From Mobula hypostoma (lineage: Eukaryota): a DNA stretch of 64,000 nucleotides. Made by a program: the position numbers and the translations under genes. Positions 22,741-36,600 of this stretch are shown piece after piece. The stretch lies in contig NC_086109.1 of assembly GCF_963921235.1 (NCBI RefSeq), positions 28,088,001 to 28,152,000 of the forward strand, read 5' to 3'. Under the pieces are notes generated by a model. It was not told the DNA's origin, made no database searches, and was given only the letters and a program-made list of their open reading frames with translations. Within the stretch, counting starts at the first letter, position 1, and the number at the start of each line of letters is the position of its first letter.

Positions 22741-23333
22741 TTGTACAAGGCCCTGGTGAGACCACACCTGGAGTATTGCGTGCAGTTTAGGACTCCAAAT
22801 TTGAGGAAGGACATTCTTGCTATTGAAGGATTGCAGCGTAGGTTTACGAGGTTAAGTCTGGGGTTGTCGGGACTGTCATATGTTGAAAGATTGGAGTGAA
22901 TGGGCTTGTATACACTGGAATTTAGAAGGATGAGAGGGGATCTGATTGAAACATATAAGATTATTAAGGGATTGGACATGCTAGATGCAAGAAGCATGTT
23001 CCCGATGTTGAGGGAGTCCAGAACCAGAGGCTACAGTTTAAGAATAAGGGGTAGGCTATTTAGAACGGAGTTGAGGAAAAACTTTTTCACCCAGACGGTT
23101 GTGGATCTATGGAATGCTCTGCCTAAGAAGGCAGTGGAGGACAATTCTCTGGATGCTTTCAAGAGAGAGATAGATAGAGCCCTTAAAGATAGTGGAGCCA
23201 AGGGATACGGGGAGAAAGCAGGAACGAGGTAGTGATTGTGGATGATCAGCCATGATCACAGTGAATGGTGGTGCTGGTTCGAAGGGCCAAATGGCCTACT
23301 CCTGCACCTATTGTCTATTGTCTATTGTCTATT
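22741..23333 (+). mobile_element. Young CR1 LINE 3' fragment
   Basis: LYKALVRPHLEYCVQF...GLYTLEFRRMRGDLIETYKII...NFFTQTVVDLWNALP and a (CTATTGT)n tail. Same family as 52659-53498 and 62597-63673. Confidence 0.9.
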
Positions 23334-23808
23334 GGGACAATAATTTATCAACACCAATACCCCAGATTCAAACTCTTAAATCAGAATAGTGAAAATCCTG
23401 ATTTTGTTTTTTTTCTACCACTATTCAGGAGCAAGATTCGCCAGCAGCAAAGCAATATTTCTAGAATTGACAAAATTAATGCCAACGATATTCTGATTCC
23501 AACGCATGGCTGCTTCATTTTACAAAATAGCCTTTCATTCTCTTTGTTGGATATATTTTATACGTTTATAAAATATACCAACTCCACATTCATATTCCAT
23601 AGTTTGTTCTTTAGGTAAATTCACGAACATTGTGGAATTAATCATGATAAGCACAATATGATTCTCAGATTGAGTTAAAGTAAACAAAGAAATTTAATAG
23701 CTTTCAGTAGTTTTTATAAGCACTTCACAAGCTGAGACTGATAAATATTCAACAATTTGCAAAAACAGATATCCACAGATGTCATTAAAATAAATCACTG
23801 CGCTTATA

Positions 23809-24291
23809 CGAGGGGTGATTGATAGGTTTGTGGCCTAAGGTAGAGGAGTCAATTTTAGAAAACCTAGCACATTTATTTTTCAACATAGTCCGCTCCTACA
23901 TTTATACACCTAGTCCAGCGGTCGTGGAGCATATGGATCTTGGACCTCCAAAAAGTGTCCACAGCAGGGGTGATTGATAAGTTCGTGGCCTACAGTAGAA
24001 AGAGATGAGTTATTAACTTGAGTGATTAAACTTTCTCCATAATCACTCAAAGCGTTAAATTGCATGTGCATGTAACGAGAGCTGTATAACTCATCTCCTT
24101 CTACCGTAGGCCACAAACTTATCAATCACCCCTGCTGTGGACACTTTCTGGAGGTCCAAGATCCGTATGCTCCATGACCACTGGACTAGGTGTGAAGATG
24201 TAGGAGGGGATGATGTTGAAAAATGAATGTGCTACATTTTCTAAAATTGACTCCTTCTACCTTAGGCCACAAACTTATCAATCACCCGTCG
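23809..24291. mobile_element. Palindromic Tc1/mariner-type MITE with about 205-bp TIRs (IR/DR structure)
   Basis: TA|CGAGGGGTGATTGATA ... TATCAATCACCCGTCG|TA. Arms 23809-~24013 and ~24086-24291 are reverse complements, and the terminal ~40 bp is repeated internally at ~23966-24005. Confidence 0.88.
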
Positions 24292-25574
24292 TATTTCCAT
24301 CTAAGTAGTAAGAACTTAGGAAGGAATATATTGACCAATTGTCAATTGGCATTCAGCATCACTGAGTATTTCTGTATCTGTACAAACCGATCTTTAGTAA
24401 AATGCTAAGAATGATTGTGTGTTTGTTCTGATTTGATCGACGTTGCTCATTAGGAAATTGTACAGAATCCTGAAAATATGCAGCTGTCACAAAGCGGAGC
24501 AATCCAGATTCAAAACCGAAATGCTGAGAATCTAGCGTGGATAATTTCACTCACCTCACTCCTGAACTGATCACTTTGAAGGACTCTACAACTGGTGTTC
24601 TCAGTATTATTTATTTACTTATTTATTTATTACTATTATTCATTTTTTTTTGTATTTACACAGTTTGTATTCTTTTGCACATTGGTTGCTTGTAGATTTT
24701 CATTGAATCTGATATTTCTTTGCTCTACTGTGAATGCCTACAAGAAAATGAATTTCAGGGTGACAAATAAGCACTTTGACAATATATTTACTTTGAACTT
24801 TGAGAATATCAGTGAAATAAATAATCTATATTCATGTAAAGAAATAGAAATCATAGGAAATGCAAAATAAATATTTACCCCATAATAGCAATGAACTTTA
24901 AACTCCATTTAATTTTACTCCAACATGTTATTCAAAGTATCCACAAGATCCATCTTACCAGCTTACATTTTGGTGCTTTCTATTTTGACCCTGATGATTT
25001 CTAAATGCAAATAACAAAGAACTGATTGCTACTTCAATGAGTACAAGTTCACTTGACCTTGAGCTGTGCTGCTTGTGACTAATCTATTTGCAATTGTGCT
25101 AGCATAAAATTCTGTGTACAGATCATTGCAATGCCCTTTAAAAGCATGCAGCCTTGGCTGAAAGAAAACCACATTGCATAAAAATTTTGAAGGAATTCTT
25201 CCACCTGCTTGATCAAAATGACATTTGGATTGGGCACAGCAGTGTGCTGATGATTGGACATGATCTTTTATGTTTCTGTTAACTTGTTTTGTTTTGGAGA
25301 CGTTTGTGGTCATTTACCAAGGGCTATGTTGCCAAACTGATATGATCCTCCACGATTATGGCCATAGTATTGCTGAATGGTAGCTCCTCATGCCACTTGG
25401 TATTTTGCCTAAACTCAGAACATGCATGTGGATTTGAAGTTCCTCTCCTATTCTGGTCTGTAATCATTCCTCAAATGGCAACCTTAACTTCATTTTTCAA
25501 ATTTAGAACGAAATGCTCAGAAGCACTTAATGTGTAAAATAGAAAGTGAAAAGCTTATACTTTATGGAATTAGA

Positions 25575-26720
25575 ACATGGAACATAAAACAGTACTTCAC
25601 CAGAATAGGCCTATTCTGCCAATCTGTGCCCAATGTGCTGTCAACTAATCCCAGCTGCCTTCATGCAGTTCATATATATTTGCTGCTTATTCATCAGTCT
25701 ACCTAGACATCTCTTAAACACTTTCTGTTTATATTATGCTATTATACAAACCATATCTGCTTCCACCACCTTCCCTGGAAGGTTGATCCAGGCACCTTGC
25801 TCTGTGCAAAAACTTGCCTTATACATCTCTTTTAAACATCCCCTCTTCCACCTTGAACTTCTGCCTTCTAGTATTTGATATTTCTACCTTGTGAAAAAAA
25901 CTCTAGCTACCTATCTATCTTTCCCATGAATTCATATCATTCTGTGAGATCGTTCTTTAGCCTTTGAAGATTGGCCACACTCTCCTTGTAGCCCATACAC
26001 CTCAGTTCAGGCATTGTCCTGGTTAACCTCATCTGCACCCTCTCCAAATCCGCTACATCGTTCCCATAGTAAGGTGACCAGAACTGCACACAACAGTACA
26101 TGTATGTGCTTATGAACTTTTCGTATAGTTGCAACATGATTTCTCAAATGTTCTACTCAGTATCCCTGTCAATGAAGGCAAACATGTCTTACATCTTCTT
26201 TACTACACTGTCCACATGTGTTGCCATTTTCAGTCAGCTATGGACTTACATGCCAAGATCCCTCCGTACATCACTGCTCCAAAGAGTTATGCTATTTGCT
26301 GTATACTTCCCTCTTACGTTTGACCTCCTAAGATGCTTCACAGCACACACGTCTGGGTTAAACTCCATCTGCTATTTCTCCACACATATTTCCAAATAAT
26401 TTATGTTCTTTGACAATCTTTTCCAATACCCGCAACTCCACCACTTCTCATGTCATTTTCAAACCTGCTAATCAGAACATCTGACATCTTCATCCAAATC
26501 ACTTATAAGTGATTTATGACAACAAATAACAAAGGCCCCAGCAGTGATCCTTGTGGAGCACCACTTCTTACAGAACTCCAGTCAGATAAATGCCCTTCTA
26601 TGCCTACTCTCGTTCTTCTATGACCTATCCAATTTCATATTCAATTTACCAGCTCACTTGGATCCCACTTGAGCTAAGCTTCCAGACCAGCTGACCATGA
26701 ATGACCTTGTCAAATGCAAC
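25575..26720 (-). mobile_element. Old CR1 LINE fragment
   Basis: MLQLYEK...CCVQFWSPYYGNDVADLERVQMRLTRTMPEL. Confidence 0.75.
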
Positions 26721-26799
26721 TTGTCCAGTCCCTTAGTTTAGAGTCAAAAATGACTTATGTAGTTGCTGTTGTCAGGCAATACAGGGCCAATTTTCACAT

Positions 26800-27135
26800 A
26801 GGGAAACCATACAAATGGATGTGAGAAAATTTTCCAGCTAATCTACTTTTGGTGTGTCAGTTAGGGATTCAAGTTTTATTTATCAAGTGTGCATCGAAAC
26901 ATGCTTTGGCTTAAATACTGAGCAGTGCACAGAAATGTTTCCTTGAATAATGCAATAATAATTATTTTATCTCTGGCTGCTTGATGGAGGAGTCTTGGGT
27001 TAACCCCTATTATAGTCTGACATTGATGATAATGTAGCTGTCTGCAATAATGCAATGAAAAATCAATTTATATGAATGTTCTATTCTCAGCACAGTGCTT
27101 AGAGTGAGAGGTAAAAACTCTGCCATTGAACTATG
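26800..27135 (-). mobile_element. Highly diverged SINE (possibly Deu-domain type)
   Basis: Weak resemblance by eye to the reverse strand of Deu-domain SINEs. Confidence 0.3.
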
Positions 27136-28727
27136 ACTGCTTTTATACTTGTAACCTGTGTAACTGACGTTTCCCCTCTAAACACCACTACCTATCACAG
27201 GCATTACTAGTGTATTTTTAGATATTGCATTCACCAACGTGATACAAAATCCTATTTGTGAGGAGGTAACTCACCTGAGACTCACCAGTCACATCCTCCA
27301 CCACCACACGTACACGTTCTGATACCTAATCATTCACTCGTGTTTTTTAAGCGCACCATCCCTATCAACTGGAAGAAGGGAGTTGTGTTTCCAGTGAGGC
27401 TGGCGATACTCATTGTTCTGGTGAATGCAATTCTGTATGAACTGAGTAAAATAGGTTTAGCTTTGTTCTATGAACCGACAATATGGTGTTTTGTTAATAA
27501 AAGTGTATAGCTTCCAATTTAGCTACTTTTATAGAAGTACATTCATAATTGTATAGTTGTAGAAAATTTGAGTTTGGACAGTCTGATCCATGACAGAAAG
27601 CCTGATCGTACAGGATAGGCTTCAGAAAGTCACAAGGTCTCTGCCAAGATCTATCAAAATTTGACAAAGAATGAATGACTGGGGCTCCTCCACCTATTTA
27701 CAACTACAGTTGCATACATGCTCTGCTTCCAATAAAATTGGAAGTATGAGTTACTCATATAAAGTTTGTTCTATCTTATTATTATTACTAGGAGACACAT
27801 ATATGATATCATGAAATTTATCATAAAATATATGTGGTAATTTCATTCCTGATATATTCCTTACCAATATTTCACTGAGTAACTGCAATGTATTTTTTTC
27901 ATGCTATTGTCCATCTGTACCTATTCCCATGTAAGTACTCAGAGTATACATATCCTCATACTGTATGTAATTTTTATGCCAGGAGGTGAAAGAGCACAGG
28001 CAGGCTTGCAATACAATAAAGCTTTAATGTTACTTCCGATAGGACTCAAGCAGGGGGAGAAAAGTCCATCTATGTCTTGAGTAGATGATTACTGCTGGTG
28101 CTCTCACAGAATTTTGGTGCCAGTGAATGAGCAGGGTCTGTAAAGATAGATACAATGTGAGAATTTCATCTTAGAGAAAGGGCTGGGGTTATTTGTATTG
28201 ATTCAGTACTAATGTAAATAATGACATACTAGTGCACATTTGTAGCTCCAATTTCGTTGGCAGCCATTTTGTGAGTGCACTAATGCAGCTGTAACTATTA
28301 CACAACAGGATTGTACAATGGTTGAAAATCGTAACATTGATCAGTGTGCAGCTTTAATAGCAATGACACTTTGTTGCTCAAAACTCGAAAAGCCAAACTT
28401 TCTTAAACATGCAGCTGAACACAAATCATCAGGCTGGTGTCTGATTATTTTTCATTGGCTTTTGATACTTTTTAAAAGTAGCTTAAATTTGCTAAAATAT
28501 GCAGGGAGAAATGTACCATGTGTTGAAGAACTTTGCTCAGATATCCATACAGACCAGTCTTGTGTGCATTAATCATCTTTGACTTTGGAATATGACTTGA
28601 TGAGCATAGGAACATACAGGTTGTTGAGAAGAGAAGAAGGTGCTCTCAGTAGGTGGCTAATTCCATCCTAGGGCTGAGATTTTGGAGGCAATTTTCAAAG
28701 TGCTTAAGCTTCTATTTAAAAATCTAG

Positions 28728-28862
28728 AACAAGAGAAAATCTGCAGAGGCTGGAAGTCCAAGCAACAGGCACAAAATGCTGGAGGAACTCAACAAACCAG
28801 GCAGCATCTATGGAAAAGAGAACAGTTGATGTTTTGGGCCTAGACCCTTCATCAGGACTGGA
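28728..28862 (-). mobile_element. Penelope terminal-repeat fragment with decayed hammerhead motif
   Basis: Reverse complement reads CAGTC CTGATGA AGGGTCTAGGCCC AAAA CATC AACTG. Confidence 0.7.
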
Positions 28863-29059
28863 AAGTGTTGCATGGCAGAAGCACAAGTTTTATCAATGGT
28901 CTAAAGATGTTAGGTTCTTTGGCTGTCCAACAAGGGAAACACAAACATTATAGGTTATTTCATGTACTATGATGGATTTTGTTACAAACACCTTCACTTC
29001 CTTGTGGAAAGACATGCAAGGTTTTAATTTTATTTTTATTTGGAGGTCACAGGCCCTTC

Positions 29060-29200
29060 CAGCCCAATGAGTCCACAAAACCTAACTACACCCTAAAGGC
29101 CAATTAACCTTATTAAGCCGTACATCTTTAGAATGTGGAAGGAAACCAGAGCACCCAGAGGAAACCCACATGGTCATGAGGAGAATGTACAAGCTCCTTA
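29060..29200 (-). mobile_element. V-SINE-like fragment
   Basis: GGCCAATTAACC...GAATGTGGAAGGAAACCAGAGCACCCAGAGGAAACCCACATGGTCA. Confidence 0.6.
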
Positions 29201-29669
29201 TGACTGGTATCCAGAAGCCGAATGTAGCACAGACTGAATTTCATTGGTTGGCATCTGTTGGCTTGTAGTGGAAGATGAAGCATTGGCCATTATCCACCAC
29301 TGTCATGCTGGGAAGAGTATGGTTGAAGGTCTCAGCAAGTCCTTTACAAGACTTCTCCTTGTTTCTTAATGGTGCAGACAGGTTGCTCAGCAGACTAATA
29401 AATGCACCAAGGATTGCATTGCATTGTAAATACCAATCAAGCTTCATCTGTAAGCTGGCCCACTGTCATTGTTTAAGTGCTATGTGATCGCTCCTTCTTG
29501 GAAACAGGTACTTGTACTCCTTCTTCTGCATACTTCCTCAGTCCAGTGATCTTACCATTTTAAATGCTGCGGAAAGCCAGTTGATATAATTGAAAATGTA
29601 GGTGATAGAAATTAAAATGTATATTAAAGCAACTCTTCATCAGAACTTGTATATGCTTTTTTCATTCTT

Positions 29670-29960
29670 AGACCTCTGGTGCTGTCTGTGTGGAGTTTGC
29701 ATGTTCTCTCTGTGACAGTTTGGGTTTCCTCCACATGTTCCCTTTTCCTCCCATATGAAAAATACAAGTGGGTTAGTAGGTTAATTAGCTGCATTAAATT
29801 GCCCTTGGTGAGTAAGTGGTTGGCAGAATCTGGGGCTGTCTGATAGGAATGGTGGAGGGAGCATGGGTAAAAAATGGGATTAGTGTAAATGAATGCTCAA
29901 TGGCTGATGTGGTCTTGGTGCTCTAGAGGACCTGTTTCTATGCTGTACATCTCCGTGACC
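29670..29960 (+). mobile_element. V-SINE-like fragment
   Basis: TGTCTGTGTGGAGTTTGCATGTTCTC...GGGTTTCCTCC...GGTTAGTAGGTTAATT...TAAATTGCCC. Confidence 0.65.
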
Positions 29961-30403
29961 ACTCTACTTAAATTAACTCTTCGCATAGTTATGCGAGTCT
30001 TTCTGGCAGGTTATATAACTTTGGAGTGGACCTGAACTCAAGATGCACAGAAGGTAAAGTCCTCATGGACTGCAAACAGATTCCTTTTAATATAGAAAGT
30101 TTACATTAATATTCGGCACTTGCAGAGCAGAGATAGCTGAGTGATCAGTGCTGAGCAGCTAGCTTCACAATGGAAAGAATGTGAATATTTTCATGTTTCC
30201 TCGGGAACTATGTGCAAAATGTCATGCTCTTCAGTGCTATCACATATTTTCTTGATTATGTTTTTTTGTCTGTTAACCTATGTTTGTCCACATTTTGCAA
30301 TGCACCATGCTGCCACTGTTGTAAAAACAAAATTTCTGGCATTTAGACCCCGCCTTTGCATGTCTATCACAATAATAAATTTGATCCTGAACTTGAGTAT
30401 ATG

Positions 30404-30620
30404 TCTTCTTCTTCTTGAGACCTTCGCTCCCAGTGGAGCATAGGCCATTGATAACCTCCTGTCTCTATCGTCCGAAGTCGATTGGTTTGGCAGGAGTTCA
30501 TCAATGTTTCTGTAATCCATTGTAACCACTGTACAGGTAATTGGCCTATACAGCTTCACCAGAGCCCTGTTGGCCAGCCTTACCTGTTTCCACCTCTCAG
30601 GACAAAGGTGTAGGGTTGGA
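30404..30620 (-). mobile_element. RTE-like LINE/SINE 3' end
   Basis: (GAA)n tail on the minus strand preceded by GCCTATGCTCCACTGGGAGCGAAGG. Confidence 0.45.
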
Positions 30621-33600
30621 CTTTGAGAGGCTGAGTATTTGTACCAAGAACAAAACTTTCCCTGAAAACTCCACATGGAAGTAAATAAAGGCTCATATCC
30701 AGTTGGCTCTTTGTCTGTTTCTTTTCTCTCAGAGTTATGTTAGCATAAACCTACTTCACGTGTTTATGATTAAAGTAAGGAAGATTCTGAAACCAAAATA
30801 TTATACAAAGTTTGTACTTAAGTGAGCAATGCACTGTGATATAAGAGAAAAAAATGAAGTAATTATGATTTTACTTTTTTAAGCTGCATACCAGATCTGA
30901 AATCGACCTGCTGTCTTCCTTGGTACTGTATATTAAAGTCAATGCACCATGTTATTGATTGTTGCCGAGTTGTTCTGTTCCCTCTATTGTGTTAGAAGTT
31001 CTCCTTTACCTCCAACATGACGACGTGACTGATTTTTGTGTTTTAAGCATGAAACTTTTCAATAGAGAAAGTTTATTCAGTCAAGTTTTCTCAGTCAAGT
31101 ATTTTGTTGGAAATGAAAAACTGATTGCCTTTCTGAGTACACAGAACATGTAACTTTATGTACTAAAGTGTAAAGGTGATTCAAGGACCAGGCTTAGAAT
31201 CTGAGGTCAGGAAATGGAATGGTTAATGAGTGCAGTTACTTACGGTGATTGCAAATAATTCAGTGCATTGACCATACAAATGCGCTCTTTGAAAACTTCC
31301 TTCATTATCACTGTGAGTGGTCTCAAACACCAGTAAGTAACACTGTATGAAAAAAACAATCAGCAGAGAAAATTATGAAGCTAACTAATTTTGAAAGGAG
31401 AAACGTGTTCCTTACTATTTTTTTCTGTGTTTTTCTGAGTCAGTTAGAATAATCTGAATGTACACTCCATTTGAAATCAACCAGTTTTTTAAAAACAGTC
31501 TGATTCTGTCACTTAATATTTGTTAGCTGACAATAATTTGAACCCTTTGTTAGAAAATGACTAAAATATTCCAAATGGAGAATCTATTCTTAGACTAGAC
31601 TTTATGCCATTGAGGTTTGGATCGCACCAGACAGAGGGCTATCTCCTGGCTCCACATTATCTCGGTCTCCTGAACAAAATAGAATGCTTTCTTCAAAGGG
31701 GAGGAAATTTGCTCCACCAGGGTATTGTTTAGTGGTGACATTGATAAATTTCCACACCCTACCTTAAAGAGATGACCATCATAAGTTTAACTTACTTGAA
31801 ATCTTGTGACATGACTAAATGGAAAGAGGAATCAATACTTGTAAATAAAAAGCTGGTACATGGGTTTCAGAAATAGCCTAAAACACATCTCACACACAAA
31901 AAAAATGCGAGTACTTTGACACAATACAGTGAATGGGTTAAATAATAATTAAAGCAGCAGGAAATCTACCACTTAAAACAGTACTACTATTTGTAGCTTT
32001 ATATAGCAAACCTTAATCCTGCCAGAGAGACGTAAATAACTTCACTATTACCGTATTATATTCCTTCAGCTTATGAATAATAAAAGAGCAATCCTTCAAG
32101 CACTCTATTAATTTGTCAGTAATGGCCACATGCTGTAGTATTCTGTTACGACAAAGAATAGCTCGTCTCCCAAATGAAATGTGTCCCATGTAAATGAGTC
32201 TTTAGGGAGAAAAGAGCAGGGAATAAGGGCAGCACTATTCATTTTATTTTATTAAAATGCTGATCTATGCAATTTAATCCATCCATAAGAATTTTTATAA
32301 GGTTGTTAAGAATAATGAAAGACCTCAGGAAAACCTAAGGTACCAATGCACAAATGCTTCAGAATAATCAGGAGCAGAAAATATGACAAATATGCTCCAT
32401 CTAACATATTTTGAAATGAAACACAACACTGGGTTTGAATAATATTTTGTATTTAGGATAAATGAGATGCCATTTATGAAAAGCTCAAAGTGAAGTGAGG
32501 CTGAGTTATACAGATTTCCAAAATTTGGTGAACAAAAAGGAGTTCTGTCCATCTTTCTCCTGTCATCTAGAGGGAACTCAAATGCTCTAATTTCTGGTTG
32601 CCTGGTTTATATCACACCAATTCCCACTGTAATATGAATCTTCTCTTTAGAAATTATGGTACATAACAATTTATTACACGTTACCTTCTGTTGCAATGAA
32701 CATGATTACTCAACTAACACAGTTTTGTGGATGAAATCCTATTCCTTTGAACTGATCAAATTGCTCTTCATTCTGCTACTGATTCCTTACATGTTATAAT
32801 GTTTCCATTGAGTTTTATTCCGTATCTTTTTTATCTTGAATTATTTTGCTAGAAAACAGTTTTCACTTATTGTTCGTGCACTAAACGGTTATTGCATTTA
32901 ACATTAACTTCAAATTAAGTTAACTGCAGAAAATTATAAAATTGGGTAAAAAGATACCTTTAGTAGCTAGGTTTACACTGAGAGAAATGCACATAAGTGG
33001 TGCATATGAGTGTTTGATGGGAGCTGCAGAGAATAACGGTACCACAATTGTGCTGAGCTGAGAGTAGGGAAGATTATCAGACCTTAAATGGCCCATCCCC
33101 AAGGCAGTCATGGAGCAATTACTAAAAAGTCTGTCACAAAGGTGCAATGAGATGAAGGGGAAGGATGACAAGTAATCTTCAGAGTGTAAGATGCATAGCC
33201 CTGATGGAATCCTGGTGCTGTGCGGCTCATCAACAGTAAGGTGCAAGATGATCAGTCAGGCAGGACCACAATATGTTGAGGAAAAGTGCATAAAATAAAC
33301 TACCTTCATATTTTTATGGAGCAGGAATAAAAGATTGTAAAAGTATATTGAATATGAGGCTATCAGATTTTGTGATCAAGATGAGAATAGAGACCCTATT
33401 TGCATCTCTCAAGGTATTTACATGGTTCTTGTTTTCTGTAACTGCCATACCGTTCTCCTAATGTCAGACATTCAGTTTCAGGTGGAAGGGAAGTAAAAGT
33501 TAATGTGTCGATGATGTGATGCCATTTTGTGTTTCTGTGATGGTGCTTAGAGGTCAGATGCGCGAGTGAGGAGCCCGACTGGCATTGTGTAGTCATATTT

Positions 33601-36600
33601 CATAATGGATGTAATCAAATCATTTTTGCACAATTAGTTCCTAAAAATACAGGAGCTAATTAGTCCAATTTCTACCACAGTTCTTGCTTTCCTCTTTACA
33701 AATCATGTGCCAAAGACATGCATGTGTTCTTTGAACTTTCTTCACTGATATCAAAAATGCATAATGCCAGGATATTATCAAGGTGAATAGTATTAACAGA
33801 CTAGGAGAATAAACTCCTTCAGTTTATGTTGCGTATCAGGGCAACACATACTGAACTTGGAATTACCACAATAAACTTCACAACTTTCATCTATCCATTA
33901 ATTAAATAGATTTGCTTGTAATTTACAGCATTACATATAGCACCAAGAAAGAAATTGATATTTCATATGAGAACTTTCTTAGAACCTAAAGGGCAAAAAG
34001 CTAGATTGAATCAGAAATTATACGGGGAGATCTTCATTTTGCAGGTATCAGCTTCATCTGAAGAGTTGGTGGCCAGTAGATAAAAATTAGCCGTGGGAAC
34101 TCTGCTGGCTCTTGTACTCAGTGACACAAAAGTCGAATCACGGCCTTTCTTGGAAAAGGATATCTGACAGAGCTGCTGCTTGACATTGAGATGCATGTCC
34201 AATGCAGCATTAAATTTGGTGAGAGAACAAGTTTAACTTCCTTGGTAAGATTGCAAATCTATCCCTGACAGAAAACAACAATGGAGCTAGGATCCTTCTG
34301 ACTGCATATTAAGCATTTAAATTTGCAGTACTGAGGGACAATTTTAAATGTAAATGTAACTAACTTTCCATAAAGCTGAAAAGGAGAGTTAAAAGTTCCA
34401 GCCAGACAGGAGCCAAGCAATGTAAACAGAGTTATGCCTGCTGGAGTCTGAACTGCAGCTACTGCTCTCAAGGTCAGGAGTTATTGCATAAATGCACAAT
34501 ATGGATATTCAGCACTCTTTACTTTACCTCAGTCATAATTACCTCACTTCCATGTACACTGTTATAACAACATATGATACGATAAAAACTGAAAGTCAGT
34601 CATTATAGAAGGCACTTAAATTTATTTATTATTTTGTGAGTTATTTTAAGGGTCTGTTCTATAAAGAGAGGGTTGTACTGAACAATCTTGCTTCAAGATG
34701 CAAATAGTGGATTACATATATCATTACATCAGCGGAGACATTCATTTCAAGCCTGCGACCTGTAGCCTCCGTCTCCATGGTACTTCCACTTTAAATGCTG
34801 GATATCATCACTGACTGTGAGAGAATTTTCCAGTCAAGCTCTGAGCATGGCTGAGTACAAATCTCAGCCACTGCAATATCTTTGAAAGTTATCTGGAGAT
34901 TTCCTAGTGATTTTTTTTTTCTGGCTGTTGGTTCCCATTTTGGGTCTACCACATGACAAATTGAGTTTGACTGTGGCAGAAGTCAAAAAATGTACTACTT
35001 GGATGTAAGTTGCCTCAGGTTGTGTGGGAGATAGAGACTGGTGGATCTTCACACAGCCAGATGGTAATTGGTATATAATGTACAAGTGCAGGGGAGTTTT
35101 GTTGAGATAATGGGCTAGATAATCCTTACCTGATTCATGCACTTCATTGTCCAGCTGTCAATTATTTTTAGCTATTTTAAACATTACTGATTAAGATTTA
35201 AAGAAAATATTCAAATAGATTTAATTTTTACTAAATTCTAAAAAGCAATAAAGTAAGTAAAGCATTTGATGGAATTTACCTTCTCCCACTGAGTTGGTAC
35301 CCTATAATCTGCTACTTTACTGCCATAGTAAATCATTTCACCCTATCAGAGATATTTTCTTGCTTTCCCCATTCCTTCTAACCTTCTCTATCACTGAAAC
35401 CAACTTGCTATCCCTCTTTTCAATGAACGGTCCTAAATATGAAACATTAATTGTTTCTTTCTATGGATATTGTTTATTCTGCTGAGTGTTGCAAACATTT
35501 TATTTCTATATTTGCTAACTATCTAGTTAAATTAAATTGTCATTCCTTCACCATTCCTCTCCGGTTTAAAGTCAAGACCAAATATGCATGCTCCCAGTGT
35601 GTGAGCTACTCTGCTGATGTGCAAGGCAGACAACATGATGCACCAACTTCTGAACCTCCAGCTCATCTTTGATTTCAGTCTTCCCTTGCACATATGTGGA
35701 ATTTTGATAAGTGTTGACCCTAAAAAAGTTCATACCTGGTGCTTCCTTCCAGGTCCTGTGCGATGCATGTAGGCATATCCTCTCACACCATTAAGTATAT
35801 AAACAAACACTTGAATTGTTAATGTGGAGAAGGCTACTGACCAAATATTGTAAATGAGATTAGCAGGGTTAGGTATTTGACAGTCAGCATGAGCATACAG
35901 GGCTGAAAGACTTGTTTATGCGCTATATGACACCAAGACTCTATAAACAGCTATTAACCAGCATGTCCCAGGTCCTTGGATAGATGTTCTGAGATGCAGA
36001 TTTTTTTGTATCTGTAGGATAAAGTGAAAAAAGAGAATCTAGTCCATTTAAGTTAGCATCATGGTATCATGCTGTGGTTTACACCAGAGTAAATGATCCC
36101 ATGTAGAGATGTTATGTTATATGACCCATGGGATAACTTAAAAATCAGACAATGTTGCTGATAAAAGTAGTCTCCTGGGAATGGCGACTGTTGTGGTGGA
36201 GATCCCTCATCCCTCTGCACAGAGAAAGCTGCAATTATATTGTATGCTTCTTTGAAAAGAAAAGGCTGATACTTAAAACTTAAATTCAAAACATATAAAA
36301 CTGAAGCTGATAATGATCTGATTTAGCAACTGCTAAGGTAATTATACAATAGGCAGCATTTCTACCTTATCTGATTAGGACCAACGAATTGCTCTTTAGT
36401 GAATTATAAAATCAAAAGATCACATTTGAATTATTTTTCATACATCTGGTCATATTACATGAAACAAAAATAAATTAAAAACCATCACGAGTGAACATGC
36501 CAGCAGATAAAGTAGCTTCAGGCACTAACGATTTGACTCGAATTCTGCCTGGATGGATGTCTCAGATTTATTTTTGATCACAGTATTAAGTCTAAAGTAA

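Noticed and set aside
34045..34244. Candidate coding exon (TTTTGCAG acceptor, GTAAGA donor)
   Set aside because: All three frames contain stop codons. A non-coding exon cannot be assessed without RNA data.
34765..34790. REST/RE1-like half site (CTCCATGGTACT)
   Set aside because: Too many mismatches to the 21-bp RE1 consensus.
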